NCBI GenBank assembly: GCA_023920165.1
Contig: CP089277.1
Span: 1,860,001-1,924,000 of the forward strand
Reading direction: 5' to 3'
Length of the DNA stretch: 64,000 nt
Origin: Curvularia clavata
Taxonomy: Eukaryota
Numbering within the stretch: position 1 is the stretch's first letter; each line of letters begins with the position of its first letter. Both the position numbers and the translations under genes were made by a program. The notes under the pieces were generated by a model. That model did no database searches. It had not been told where the DNA came from and saw nothing but the letters and a program-made list of their open reading frames with translations. Positions 1-12,705 of the stretch are shown here, in pieces.

Positions 1-880
1 GATTAGCTTTACGGGCTCTGTACCTGCAGGAAAGAAGGTTCAGGAACTTGCGGGGAAGAGGTATGGTACCATCAAAATACGAAGACGTCTTGAACACTCA
101 CACACACATCTAGCAATCTCAAACGCGTCACGCTCGAGCTTGGTGGAAAATCACCATCCCTGATCTTTGCAGATGCAGACATCGAAAACGCTCTTCAGCA
201 CCACAGCCAAGCCTTCTTGATGAACAGCGGTCAGGCTTGCATTGCAGCAACCCGCACGTTTGTGCATGAAGACATTATTGACGAATTTGTCAAGCAACTC
301 AAAGTGCATTTCGAACGACTCAGCAACGCCATGGGACATCCTGAGAAGCCAGAAACCTTGTTTGGTCCCTTGGCTGACGGCAAGCAGTTTGCGCGCGTCA
401 TGGAGTACCTCGAGATAGGCAAGAAGGAGGCCTCGCTCCTCACGGGTGGAACGAGAAAAGGCAGCAGCGGGTTCTATGTTGAGCCAACTATCTTCCTCAA
501 CCCCTCGGACGATGCGCGCATATACCGAGAAGAGATTTTCGGGCCGGTCATCACCATACGCACATTCAAGACGGAAGAAGAAGGTATCCGCATGGCAAAT
601 GATACAGACTATGGCCTGTCAGCTTGCGTCTTTACAGCCTCTGTACCCCGTGCCCTACGCATTGCGAGGAAGATCAACTCGGGTATGGTGAATATCAACA
701 CGTCCCAGCAGGCTGGGGTGGAGGCACCTTTTGGTGGCTTCAAGCAAAGTGGGCTTGGCAGGGAATGCGGGAGGGCGGGTCTGATGAATTATCTAGAAGC
801 CAAGACAATTTGCATCAAGTAAGTATGCTTGGTTATCTTCAGGAACAATGGACTAACGAGTTAACAGTATGAATATTTAA
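1..880 (+). CDS. Aldehyde dehydrogenase, 3' part (gene starts before the window); introns 61-113 and 819-867
   Basis: ISFTGS, LELGGKSP (catalytic Glu), NSGQAC (catalytic Cys), EEIFGP and PFGGFKQSG motifs; GT..AG introns restore the frame; stop TAA at 878-880. Confidence 0.93.
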
Positions 881-2262
881 GCAGCGAGTGTAGATTGACA
901 AACGGTACCAGTAAGAAATGCTCTTTGTACTGGGCTGGACGTAGCATTCTATGTCATGTGCTATTTTCATACAGTCTATAGAGTTCAGCAAATCAATTTT
1001 TGTTCGCTCTCAACGATGTTCCTTGGCTCGGTCTCAGATAGAAGTGTGGTTTGTACGAGGAAACGTGTTCTCGTCTTTGTTTGTTTTTTCCCTTCTGGAA
1101 TGCACCCACGTGTGCAGATCCGAACACAATTGGCGCTTTGGCGTGCTCGTGGACAGAACAGAGAGTGGTCCGCAAGCAACAAAAAGAATAAGAAAGCATT
1201 GCTCTTCGCCGTTATCATCCGCTCCAAGGCGAGCGTGTCGGTGTAGAGAGAGTGTTTCGTGGAGCCTGCTCAATGGTCGCTCCCCCAAGTCCACGCTCTT
1301 ACTACGCTGTGTCACTGGCCACAACCTCTTCTGCAATCCGAACCGGTTAATAGTCATATGTATAACAAGGTGACATGGCGCTTTTGGGATGGTTACAGGC
1401 CGGTCAGTGGGATCAGCTTAGAGCTAATTGACTGGGTCGCAGGCGTTGCGTGGGGTCCGGTTCTAGTGGTGGCTGATCCTCGGTCTAATTGTTGAGCTGA
1501 GTTTCCAGAAATGGAACTTTGTGAGCGACAGGACACGAAGTCACAGACATGTCGTATGCAGGACAAGACGAGGGCAGCTCCCCGGCACGTGGGATGAGTG
1601 GCCGGCGTAGTGACAGACTAGTGGAGCCAAACCAGGCTAGGCAAGCGAATGACGCCCAGCCTCTCCCGCCGCCGTCGCCGCCTGCATGCCGGTATGCATC
1701 TGGCTGGGCCGTCACACGTCACTGGTGTGTGAATGCACAGCTCGTCCCCTCATTTTCTCATCTGACTGGTTGACACCGAACCGTCAGCCCTTGGTTTCGC
1801 CGTGAGGTTGGGACCGGGGAGCTGCACCAAGCTTGCTTTCGCGATAGCTTCGTCCTTGCTTGCGGAGGGCTTGCCCCAACAATGTCTCCCACTCCATCCG
1901 TGCTCCGTCTTCCAAGGACCTCCAGCCTCCTTTGGCCCCACTGAAACCTTCGCCAGCTGACCTGGGCTGCGACTGCGACGCTGGTTCAATCTTTCGGAAG
2001 CATACAGCAATCGCCCGAACAGTTTCGCCGCCCGCGCCATTGTCTCTGAGCACGTACTTGCAAACGCCAACCAAAATGCTCGCCCTCTCTTGACATGGCC
2101 ACTCTATCTCCCGGTGCGTGTGGTGCGCATTGGAGCTGTTGGGCCATAGCCTGCTAACCTGGCCGCATCATAGACGTCCGCGACTCTACTCTAAAGTCGC
2201 TCAAGCTAACCTGCCCCTCCGCTGAGGTCATTGAAGATCCACCCTCTCCATCCTCCGACGAC

Positions 2263-3661
2263 ATGCCGTCCAACGAGCGGCAAGGCTACCCATTCCCCGA
2301 AGTGGGCGACGAGTGGTCGGACGAGGAAGTCCTGATCCCAAGGCAGAGGCGAAAGACGCAGTATATTCCGCCATTGATGTTTGAAAAGATTACCGCGACT
2401 TCAGCAGAGACGTCATCTGATGATTCAAGTGTGCCATCGCCCTCCCCTCGTCCCCAGCGCGCAGGCGGCAAAGGCAGCCCAAGTGTACCCCTCAAAAGCC
2501 CCTCGCGACAGAGCACATCGCGCGGAAACAGTCAAGATGAGCTGGTACAGCGCTTCTACCAGCTGACAAGAGAGCGCGATGCGCTGAGGAAGGAGCTACA
2601 GCGCAAAAGCATGGGCATCAATGGCACGTCTGGAAGAGGTTCCAAGCTATACAGATCAGAAGAGGATACGCTGATAGAAGAACTACTTGCGCTGCGACAC
2701 GAGATACGCATGTGGAGCGAAGAGTACTTCTCCGGTCCCATCAAAACCTCAAGCAAGCGGCCCTATCTTCACAGAGCGAGAGAGCTCTTTGGGAATCTCA
2801 CCGATAACTATCAAGTCTATCTAAAGGATCCAGAGGACCGGCCACTTTTAATACAAGCATACATATGGATGCGGTTACAGCAAAAGATATTCAATAACTG
2901 GCAAAAAGGCAGCGGATATGTCTGGGCGGGAAAGCTTGGAGACAAGAAACTGCGTGACATAAACGATACGCTACGAAAGGGTAATGTTATCCTAGCATGA
3001 GCTGTGCTTGCTATTTGATGGGCAAAACTAACGGTACGCAGCTGTCAAGAACGAAGCAGAAGCCGCAGAGTACCATCGATGGCGGTCACTGACCGTGAAT
3101 CTTCTGGTTCCACAAATCGATGGCAAATGGCGCCCTACCTTTGACGCAACACCAGTATTGAAACAAATATCCCGCTTCTGCAGTCGCATGCGCCGCAAAC
3201 TGCGTCCATGGTCGACACGATCGCTGAGTGCTGGAAAAGAGCAACTCGGCACGATAGTCTCGGCATCTGTAGCACTAGATCTAAAGATGAAGCGCCAACT
3301 GGCTGACTACCGCTTTGTGACTTTTACCGGCGGCAAGAAAGACCAGTACTGGGGATACGGCTTCTATGATAGTGAAATGGAAGACGTTTTTGACGACGAC
3401 GACTCGGATGACATGGGCGGGGGATACAGCAGCAATGACAATCCACGAGGTCGAAGGGTCGAGTTGGCGCTTGCCCCTGCGCTTGAAAGGTGCGGAAATG
3501 CAAACGGACACGTCTTTGACCAGAGTTTCGTCATGGTCAAAGCAGATGTCAGCTGTGAGAGACTGGAGAAGAGAAAGCAGCAGCCGAGATCAAGAGCCGG
3601 CGGCAGTACGGTTGGTGGTAGACGCGGCAAGAAGGGTTTCGGAAGCTTCTGGGGTCGGTAG
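2263..3661 (+). CDS. Uncharacterised fungal coiled-coil protein, two exons (intron 2981-3041)
   Basis: ORFs 2263-3000 and 3095-3661 join in frame through a GTAATG...CTAAC...CAG intron (RK|AVKNEAEAAEYHRWR); Ser/Pro-rich N-terminus, coiled coil, and C-terminal PALERCGNANG...VKADVSC segment. Confidence 0.75.
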
Positions 3662-4355
3662 GACTCGACTTGCTCTGGCATACATTGTCATGTCCTTCGA
3701 AACGCAGCATGGTGTGACGCCATGCTGGATGTCTCTCCCGGCATCACCAACATTTCCTCACCAATTCCTAAGAGTTCGTTGCGAGGTCGCCCGCAACGAA
3801 CAACGCTGTACTCCATTTGCTTACCCAAATCTCGCCTTTGCACTGCGTCCATCGCATTGCATCATTATACCCCTTTCGTACCTTGCCTTAGCTTGGCACT
3901 CAACCTCGATGTATTTGATGCGTTCCCACGCAGTCCATGAATCATGTATAGTTATCCGTAGCACGAATTCCCCTCCCTTGATTAATCCAATAATGAATGC
4001 TTTATGACACTTTTCAAAAGAAAACAGTGGTTCTAATTCAGCGTGTCTAATGTGATATGAACGAAGCGTTTGGGCCATTGCCGCGTAAGTGGAGAGGTTA
4101 TATCTTGTTCATCTGCGGTTCTTTGTAGCTGGATGATTACAGACAGAAAGGGAGGTGTGCAATACAATAAGCACCGAAAGGCACTCTAGAAACAATATCT
4201 AAGTAGCAGTATAACTGAAAGTTCATAATGATATACAAACTAACAAAGAATCGACAACCTACTAATCTGACCAACCGCATCTAAATTCCGGAACTCGTAA
4301 AACCATTACTATACAACATTATCTACTATGGAAACAACAGGGAAATCATCCAATT

Positions 4356-5843
4356 TTACTCCTCATCCGGAACAACATGCACCTCCCAGTCCGCCCCTTG
4401 CGACCCCTTAACCTTTTCCCTCTCCCCATCCTTCAAAAACGGGCCCTGAGCATTCGTCACCCCACTCGCCAGGACGCCCTTCTTCTCACCCGTGCGCAGA
4501 TACTCCAAAAAGGCCACAGACGCATCGATGTACTCATGCAGCGCTGTTCTACTGTTAAGCGTCGTCCCTGATACCAGTTTCATAATCATAGGCACAATCA
4601 AAGGCGCATCGGTACATGAAGGGTGTGCAGTACCGCTCAGAGTCATGAACCAGCCTTGGTTGACGCTGTCGATGATCTTCTTCACGACGTTGAAGTGCCA
4701 ACCCTGGTCGTAAAACTGCGTTTGCTTTTCTGTCCACTCGCCGCTTTGCATAACGAGGATGGGGACGTCGATGTCTTTGTTAAGGGGACCGGAGCCTTTG
4801 CCGGGATCGAGGGCGATACCTCCGTTGATGGGCATTTCCTTGGTGCCGGCAGATTTAAGTGCTTGCATGGCGCCTGTGGCGCCGTAGGAATGGCCGCCGA
4901 CAGTGACTGCTGAGAGGTTCAGACGGTTCTTGAAGCCGGGTAGGGCGTTGCGTGGTGAGTCAGGCTTGAGGTTTACAACTGGGGCATCGCCTGCGTTGAG
5001 CTGAGCAAACAGCTTGATCGTCTCGCTAATTTCGGCCTCGCGGTAGTTGAGCTGTGCGGCTTTGAGATCGAGCTCCGTCATGGGTGGATTGGCTTCGAGA
5101 TCCTCGAGTTTCATATGCCAGACCTTTTCATCTCTACCATTGGGGTGGTGGATAATCGTGCCAGGTCCGCTTCCATCTCGGTGTTCAACAGCAGCGACAA
5201 CGTACCCGTGACTTGCAATGCTCCCAAGGTAGTGGGCGTAACTCTGGCTCATACCGGCCATGCCGTGCGTAAAGACCATGCAAGGCAAAGTACCAGTGTT
5301 GCTGTCACGCTTCAACTCCATGTGTTCTTGCTCGGCGACGTTCATCATCTTCTCAAAGTCATCGACGCCACTGCCCAAAACATGCTGAGCGCCAGATAGA
5401 ATAGGCGCATCGACAACACCTGGGATAACTGTACTGGAACCAAAAGCCCAAAGCGCAAACGTGAAGAGCGATGATAATTTGGGGACTCCAGCGAGTCGAG
5501 CATAACCCTCGCCAATGAGCGATACAGGCTGGGGCAGCCATGGTCGGGCCCATGGTCGCTGGGAAGGTGGTTCCCGGGGCAATGAAGAAGGATAGTAAAG
5601 GGTGATAGCTAGCGTATTCAGCTCAAAGGCCTTGTCGCCGGTAGCTTTGAGGACCGCATCGTGGACAACTCTTTTCTGGACCTCAGTCTCGACATCTAAG
5701 ATACCCACTTCATAAGGCCCAGTGTATGGCGGTAGCGGCGATATGATAGGCGTCAGCAAGAAGACAAACGTGACGAACAGTATGCCTGCAGATGTGAACA
5801 TGAGGAAGCTTCGCGGCCCGAGGCGGCCTATTCGGAAAACCAT
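4356..5843 (-). CDS. PAF acetylhydrolase-like alpha/beta hydrolase with N-terminal membrane anchor
   Basis: LPPYTGPYEVG, FTHGMAG oxyanion loop, ASHGYVVAAVEHRDGS, GHSYG nucleophile elbow, LDP Asp, GTAH His; most plausible ATG at 5843 (MVFRIG) precedes a hydrophobic helix. Confidence 0.88.
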   Translation of the reverse strand: MVFRIGRLGPRSFLMFTSAGILFVTFVFLLTPIISPLPPYTGPYEVGILDVETEVQKRVVHDAVLKATGDKAFELNTLAITLYYPSSLPREPPSQRPWARPWLPQPVSLIGEGYARLAGVPKLSSLFTFALWAFGSSTVIPGVVDAPILSGAQHVLGSGVDDFEKMMNVAEQEHMELKRDSNTGTLPCMVFTHGMAGMSQSYAHYLGSIASHGYVVAAVEHRDGSGPGTIIHHPNGRDEKVWHMKLEDLEANPPMTELDLKAAQLNYREAEISETIKLFAQLNAGDAPVVNLKPDSPRNALPGFKNRLNLSAVTVGGHSYGATGAMQALKSAGTKEMPINGGIALDPGKGSGPLNKDIDVPILVMQSGEWTEKQTQFYDQGWHFNVVKKIIDSVNQGWFMTLSGTAHPSCTDAPLIVPMIMKLVSGTTLNSRTALHEYIDASVAFLEYLRTGEKKGVLASGVTNAQGPFLKDGEREKVKGSQGADWEVHVVPDEE

Positions 5844-6459
5844 GTTTGTGTGATGATAGAGAGAAATTCTACACAGACTAGGCCTGGGGATTGTTAAAGC
5901 TAATTCCTGGCCTCTGGGGATCGAAGAGCTGGTTAGCAGTGGAGGTGGCGAGGAGACGGATGACGTAGTCCGCCCTCGGAACGCAGATCGTCCGTCTAGA
6001 CCGGACAAGATGACATCCCCGTCCAACCATATTCTTTTATTTGCTGACAGCCTGTGTCCGCGTGGAAACATACAAAGTAAGTTGACGCATTTCACTGTAC
6101 ATGTGTTTTTCGGGAATTTTGAAGACCTTGCGTCCTTTGAACGAGATGCTTGACAGAGATACATGAGTCTGCTCAACATTCTCTTCTGTCTCAATTTTGG
6201 GGGCTACTAACCACTACTTTTCTTATTCATTTAAGATCCATGGTGGAGAGAAATCGTCGTTGTGCTACCGACTTAAAGATCTCAACGCAATGTCTCGTTT
6301 CGCGGTTCACAATCATGCCAAGGTGCTGAGCGGACTCGGCCCCTCGACTCATCACATCTTACACATTTCATGTCACGTCACCTTCACTCTACATTTCTTG
6401 TAGCTCATCCACCCCTGAACACCCCTCGTAGAAGCGATTTGATATAGACCAAAAACACG

Positions 6460-7812
6460 ATGCCTCCACAACTCAAGACGCCAAAGGGCACCCGAGACTG
6501 GCATGGCGAGGATATCACTTTGCGCAACGACACCTTTGCTCAGATGCGCAAAGTGTTCCGGCTCCACGGCGGCGAGGAAATAGATACACCTGCATTTGAG
6601 TTAAAGAGTTACTTGACTGGGAAATATGGGGAGGACACTAAACTGATATACGACTTACAAGACCAGGGTGGCGAGATTTGTGCGCTGCGCTACGACTTGA
6701 CTGTACCATTTGCCCGCTGGCTAGGAATGCACAATACTCGAGCTATCAAGCGATTTCAGATTGGCAAAGTCTACCGTAGAGATCAGCCAGCGCTGAAGCA
6801 GGGGCGTATGCGAGAGTTTTTCCAATGCGACTTCGACTACGCTGGTCAGTGCGACCTGATGGTGGCAGACTCGGAAGTTGTTTGCATCGCAGCTGAGGTC
6901 TTCGAAGCGCTTGGGATACTCGTTGTCATCAGGACCAACCACCGTCTCATCTTGGACGGTATATTCGCGGCCGTAGGCGTCCCGAAAGATCTCATACGGC
7001 CCATTAGTTCGGCAGTCGACAAACTTGACAAGCTCTCCTGGGAAGAAGTGAAAAAAGAGATGGAAGAGAAAGGTCTTGATGCGAGTGTTGCGGCCAGACT
7101 AGGTGAGTATGTGCTGCACGACAAAGCATCGGACACCAACTCCACGCTGGAATTCCTCAAATCAGATGTGCTCCTCTCAACACGCCGGGATGTGCAACAA
7201 GGTGTGAAAGAGATGGAACTGCTTGTCAGCTATCTGAGAGCATACAATGTTGCCAGCTACGTCCAACTTGATCTCTCTCTGGCACGGGGACTAGATTACT
7301 ATACTGGTCTGATATACGAGGTTGTCGCAACAAATCAGAAAGGCACCTCGGTTGGTAGCATCGCCGCCGGAGGCCGGTACGACAAACTTGTAGGCATGTT
7401 CAGCAACCGCGATGTCCCATGTGTAGGTATATCATTTGGCGTTGATCGTATTCTTGCTATCATAGAGAGTAGGAAACAAAAGGATGCGGCCGTTCCAAAT
7501 CGCAAAGTCAACGTCTGGATTGTCATTGCGTCAGACAATGTCAGGTTGGTCGAACAACGCATGGCAATTGCGCGAGAGCTTCGATCCGCAGGCATCAGCG
7601 TCGACTTTGACGCAAAAGCCGACAAGAAACCACGAAAGCAGATGGAAGTTGCTGAAAAGAGCGCAGCTGTTGTAGTGTTCTTGGAAGAAGACACAGCCTC
7701 ACAAAGTACACGAGTCAAGGTGCTTTCACTGCCAGACAAGACTCCTGACCACATAGCAATTATCGAGCGCCAAAATCTGGTTGACGAAGTAAAACAACGC
7801 CTCACACAATAG
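6460..7812 (+). CDS. HTS1: Histidyl-tRNA synthetase (class IIa), intronless, divergent, probably a second paralogue
   Basis: LKTPKGTRD, LRYDLTVPFAR, motif 2 KVYRRDQPA...GRMREFFQCDFD, LARGLDYYTG, AAGGRYD, motif 3 GISFGVDRI, C-terminal anticodon-binding domain. Confidence 0.92.
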   Translation: MPPQLKTPKGTRDWHGEDITLRNDTFAQMRKVFRLHGGEEIDTPAFELKSYLTGKYGEDTKLIYDLQDQGGEICALRYDLTVPFARWLGMHNTRAIKRFQIGKVYRRDQPALKQGRMREFFQCDFDYAGQCDLMVADSEVVCIAAEVFEALGILVVIRTNHRLILDGIFAAVGVPKDLIRPISSAVDKLDKLSWEEVKKEMEEKGLDASVAARLGEYVLHDKASDTNSTLEFLKSDVLLSTRRDVQQGVKEMELLVSYLRAYNVASYVQLDLSLARGLDYYTGLIYEVVATNQKGTSVGSIAAGGRYDKLVGMFSNRDVPCVGISFGVDRILAIIESRKQKDAAVPNRKVNVWIVIASDNVRLVEQRMAIARELRSAGISVDFDAKADKKPRKQMEVAEKSAAVVVFLEEDTASQSTRVKVLSLPDKTPDHIAIIERQNLVDEVKQRLTQ

Positions 7813-10126
7813 CCTGAGCGACCAGACTCGAAAATGAAAAGAAGATCAAACACCAGTTGCATGTTCTGCCTATTCGGACAATTCAGCCTAGTTTTACCTT
7901 CCCGTCACCAACCAATCGCCGCATCTCCCCCATTAGGACTCCATCACGCGCCTCTATACATGACCCCACACCCGCATTCCTCCTCACATGCATCTATCTG
8001 CCGCACGTAACATGCATGCGTGCTTACCGACATATCCATACGTACGTAGCCCGAATCCGAGCCTTACGCCCACATCCGAAGGATTCATCCGCCTCAAACC
8101 CCCGTTTCGGTCTCAACCAGTCGATTCCCCTACGACCCGGGTAAAGCAGAGCGACGAGAAAATCCATTGGCTCACAAGCAAAGCCATGTCTATGTAGTGT
8201 GTAGCACGCGACAAACAGATACGATGGGCCACACTTCCCCCGAAGATATCCGAGGCCATGACCCCTTCCCTATACTACAGCCGTGTTAAGGAAACGGACA
8301 TCCCTAGCCGCTCTACGACAGGGTCAGAGTCACCGGGATACATGACTCTGATTCTTTCTCTTTTTGTCGCTCTGTTATGATAATCTCCATCCGGACGATC
8401 ATCTCGCTTCGAGTCCGGCTGACTGGGGTGACGCTGTCTTCTTTTTTCCTTCCACGAGCTGGGATGGGTTACAAAGTATATGGTTCGCAGGTGATGCGAA
8501 AAGGGGTATAGCGCATCTCCAACCACCAGGCTGCTAGCAAGCTCCACACTTTGACGCACGGAGAAGAAAGTGACCTTTTTTCTGGTTTCTTTTTTCGTGT
8601 TGTTTTCGTATGGCTTTCTCCGCCTGGCTATGGGATTGATCCTCTTTTCTTCAGGGCTGGGCTTTGTCTATATCACCTCAACATTAATCGTCGCTCTCCT
8701 GATTTTCTACTTGTGCTCCACCAGCCCACTGTCTGCACGTATTGGGATGTTTTCGATATTGATATGAGCATATACCTATCGCAGTTTGTCGTAGCGAAAA
8801 TCGCGGCAATAACTCGCTTCAAGCAAATCTATGTTTGTTTATTTACCCACTCCATACCCACCCCGTCTCTCCCTTGATCCCCGCTTTTTCGCATCCAGGC
8901 ATATGCCTCCATGTCATTTTCTCCTAGCGTGTCCGTTGGGCTACCACCTAGTCCCACCAGTGCACGTGTCATCCACGTGTCTCTTTTCGTGATCGTTCGT
9001 CCACAACGACCTGGATTCAGGTTTTAATCGCAGACCACGCACCCCAGACTAGATTAATTTGGTTTCGCGACTTGTTTACACACGACGCTACATGTGTCCA
9101 GGTTAACACAATCAATACAAACGGTTGCAAATTCAAAATAACCGATGCTTTTCGGTTGGTGAGACAACCAAGACTGGCTAAATTGGTGACATACTACGCC
9201 GTACATACATGCGGACCGTTGATGACACAACGTCAAACAAAAATGGTGGCGAAGGGTCCAAGGGGAGAAACATCGCGTTTGTTTGACACAATAGCGGGAC
9301 AGAAAACGGGACTAAGAAATTTCTGCTTGTTTCTTTTTTTGTTCCTGAGAAAAACGTTGTAAACTTTATCTTGGGTCGCCAATCTGCCGAAGCTAAGTAG
9401 CACGATTGTGCCAGACTACCGCCTCACGAGACAACGCGCGGGTAAACATCGAAACAATGACGTTGGTAGGGCGAAACTTGCATATCAAAAGGTCTTGCGG
9501 ATCGCGCCACCAAATGAACGTGTGTGACTGACCTGCTTGGAGACGTCACCAGTGCATTTACAGTCGTTGGGGAAGTTGTTTGCCGGTGGTTAAGCAGATA
9601 TATTTTTAAGTTTTAGATAAACAGGATGCAATGTAATTTGCGACATAGCGTCGCAAAGTGTCCTTGAACATGGAAAGGTCGACTCCGCGGTCCATGTCCT
9701 GAACGCTGAATAGCGATTATACTCCGGTGCCTCTAATCTGAATAAAACTTCTTTGCAGAAACAAAAGAGAAATGTGGCTCGGAACGTTGACAAGATAGGT
9801 CTATAGGGGATGATGAGATAACAGTAGGATGCGCCAATACGATGCAGTCAGAACGAGCTGAGATGGAAAATAGACTCAAGGAAATGTCCAGGGATATTGG
9901 AAGAGATGATTGCTGATAGGAAACGCCCGACCCTTTTGATCTTCCGATGATGAATCCGCCAGTAGATCGTGAGAGTAGGAGATAACATAAGTCGTGAATA
10001 TGTACATGGAATGTAGTAGGGCTGTCCTAGATGCGTGGGATGCAACGCAGCTAGTTCTTCCTAATGAGCCGCCTGGGCTACTGACTAGGTGATGGTTGTT
10101 AGTATTCGATACAATCGAGCGAGGCC

Positions 10127-12705
10127 TTATATGGCCCGTGGTGGTTGTGGGAAAAGTCTCAGAACAGGCGAGCGGGATTGACTGGTAGTTGCCGCACGGC
10201 TGCGTGACACAGTGGGTTTCTTCTCGACAATGGGAGAGGGAGAAAGTAGTTTGGCTGCACCGTCAGAGAGCGCAGGCTTGTGCTGGCGCGCAGATGTGCG
10301 CAAAGAGCGTTTTGAGTCCTGACGGGCAATGTTGAGCGAGGCTTCCAACTCTTCTTCGGCCGTCAAGTGGTTGGCACGCTGAGAACCACGGCGAGCGAGG
10401 TCCAGAGATGTCTTGACATCGGTCTCAATACGGTTCGAGGCTCGTTGCTCGTCCAGTGTTGTCTCATCATCTGAAGCGAAGAAGGTCCGTGCTTCAAAGG
10501 TATGTCCAGGAGGTGTGATGTCATCGTCCTCGTTGTCCTCACGCAAAGATGCAATCTGATCGGACAGTGAATCTCCCAGACTCACACCCAGCTCTTTTCG
10601 GTTACGTCGAGAAGGTACGAGTTCGGGCACACTTCCTGCAGAGCTTGCTGAGCGTCGAACAGGGGAGCTCCACAGACCGGAGCCCTGAATGGAGGACATC
10701 AGACTGCTGTCGTACGAACTGCGCCTGCTGAGCCGGACATGGCTGCTGCGTGCAGAGCTGGTGGTGCTCCGACCATTGTCGAGCATTGGGAAGTGACGAT
10801 CCGATCCAGCATACTCATCAAGGAGATCCTCATAAGTGACATCTCGAGTGTCCTTGTACTCTTGAGGGACCAACAGAGAAGGGCTGAGAGCGAAGCCAGT
10901 GTCATTGCTGTAATGATTGGCATTGAAAAGATCGGAGGGTGTAGTTGGTAGTCCTGAACTGAGAGTAGACGTGGATATCGCAGAGACAGGATCCAATTCT
11001 GGCACGCTGCTTGTGCTTGGGACAAGCAAAGACGAACGGAAGTGGTCTGGCAGAGTGTGTTCACGATGGACAGGAATGACGCGGGATTCGCGGCGGTTTG
11101 GTGCGCCTACAATGGCTGGAATCTGCGAATATTCAGCACCATGGTCAGATGCACGATCCCACTCCAAGTCGCATTCAGCTTCCAAGGCATTGTCATAGAT
11201 GTAATCGACGTCTTCTTCCCATGACTCTTCAATTGCGCGCCACGTATTGGACTGGCGACGGTGAGATGGTCTTCGGATCGACATTCTGCGTGCGAAACCC
11301 GCAGAACCCAATGTATCAGATTGCTGTGATGAGGATCGTGAGTGGGAGGGCTCAGCTCTTGGTGAGACATCATGTTGTCCCCGTGGGTTGGCCCTACTAC
11401 CAACTGGTGATTGTTGGGTCTGGAAAGAGAATGATCCGAAATAAGAAGTTTTCGGCGAGCTTGGAGTCTTGATAGGTGGTTGCGGGGCAGGCCTTGGACT
11501 AACGAAGCGTTCTGGTTCTTCAGCAACATCGGCGAGGCTAGGGCTAAAAGGGGGTGTGGTCGCATGAATAGCGGAATCATCTGGTGTTGTCAAAGCATGT
11601 CCAAAATAGGACGCGTTTTCCTCGATCTCTGGTAGAGGATCTGGAGTAGTCACCGCAGACACCGAAAAAGAGTCCCAGATGCCAGACTCTCGTTTGTGCC
11701 GTGACATCCTGCGCGCAGCAGACATTTTGTCTTCGTATGCGGGATCCAGGGGAGCACGGGATGCCAGCGTGGGTAGCGTCGTGAGACTGTGTTTCCGGGG
11801 GCTGACACCAGGTTGAGAAAAGCTCTCAATTGATCTAGCTAGCCGGATTGGACGCCGTGAGTTGGATAATTGGTGCATGGTGTTGTCAGCAGCAAAGGTT
11901 GTTTCAGGGCTGCGAGGCGGAGATCCAATGCTCAATCCAGATGACAGCCGGTTTTCGCCAGAGATTAAGCTTTCAGAGGAGAAGTTGCTGAAATGGTGAT
12001 TATTGGCTGGTGCAGTGCCTTGCTGAGAGGGTTGTGAGGTATGTCCTGGAAAAGACCCAGAACCTCTTTTGCCACTAGCAGCGTGCTCGAGAGCAGCGAA
12101 TTGGTGCCGATCTGTATGTGAGAGGTGCTGAAAGTCAAACGGGCTGGAAATGCGGGTTATGAGACTGGCGCCTGCGATGATGTAAGTCAATAAACAACCC
12201 AGTCGATAACATCAAGGCACTTACCAGCATCTTCCGATTGATTGGTGCCTCTTCTGGCTTTTCGTAGAAGCGACGTTCGCCTTTCGCTGACGTCTCCTTC
12301 ATGTTCATCGCTGCCGACGATTCCTGTTTCGCTGAGTCGTTTTCCTTTCTTGCCTCGGAACAAAGATCGTCTCGACGCAGTCGAAGGGTAACCCTTGGTG
12401 CTACCCTGTTGGTCGTGCCACGAGGCATCATGGTCCGTCATGTCGTTTTGGCTCTGAGACAACAGAGAGGGTGTTATGGAGGCTCCGGTGTTACTTCTTG
12501 ATCTCAAGTTGAAGACGGAACTTCGCCTAGTGGGATTGAACCTGTGAAGTTGTTCTGGCGATTGCGCACCAGGGTGAGACGAGGATGTGGTTCGGTGATC
12601 CTGCCAAGAGTCTGAATTGGAGATGGATGCTTGCGTTCCAGTTGCCGATGAGTCGATGGATGACTGTCGAGACCGTGAGACATCGTTCTTATGGAACGAA
12701 AACAT
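10127..12705 (-). CDS. CRIB-domain (Cdc42/Rac-binding) Ser-rich effector protein; intron 12172-12224
   Basis: Exon 1 MFSFHK... joins in frame through a GTAAGT...CAG intron to ISSPFDFQHLSH (CRIB motif); SWEEDVDYIYDNALEAECDLEW block; long disordered tail. Confidence 0.82.

Noticed and set aside
5844..6194. N-terminal extension of the PAF-AH ORF
   Set aside because: Starts at a non-ATG codon and reads like 5' UTR; the same applies to the 2EXR extension 24877-25095 (ATG start but no domain-like sequence)
8551..8877. Hydrophobic short ORFs
   Set aside because: Hydrophobicity follows from T-rich sequence; non-ATG starts; no family motif
9810..9861. ATGATGA...CTGA box C/D snoRNA-like spacing
   Set aside because: Short, no terminal stem, no rRNA-complementary guide recognised
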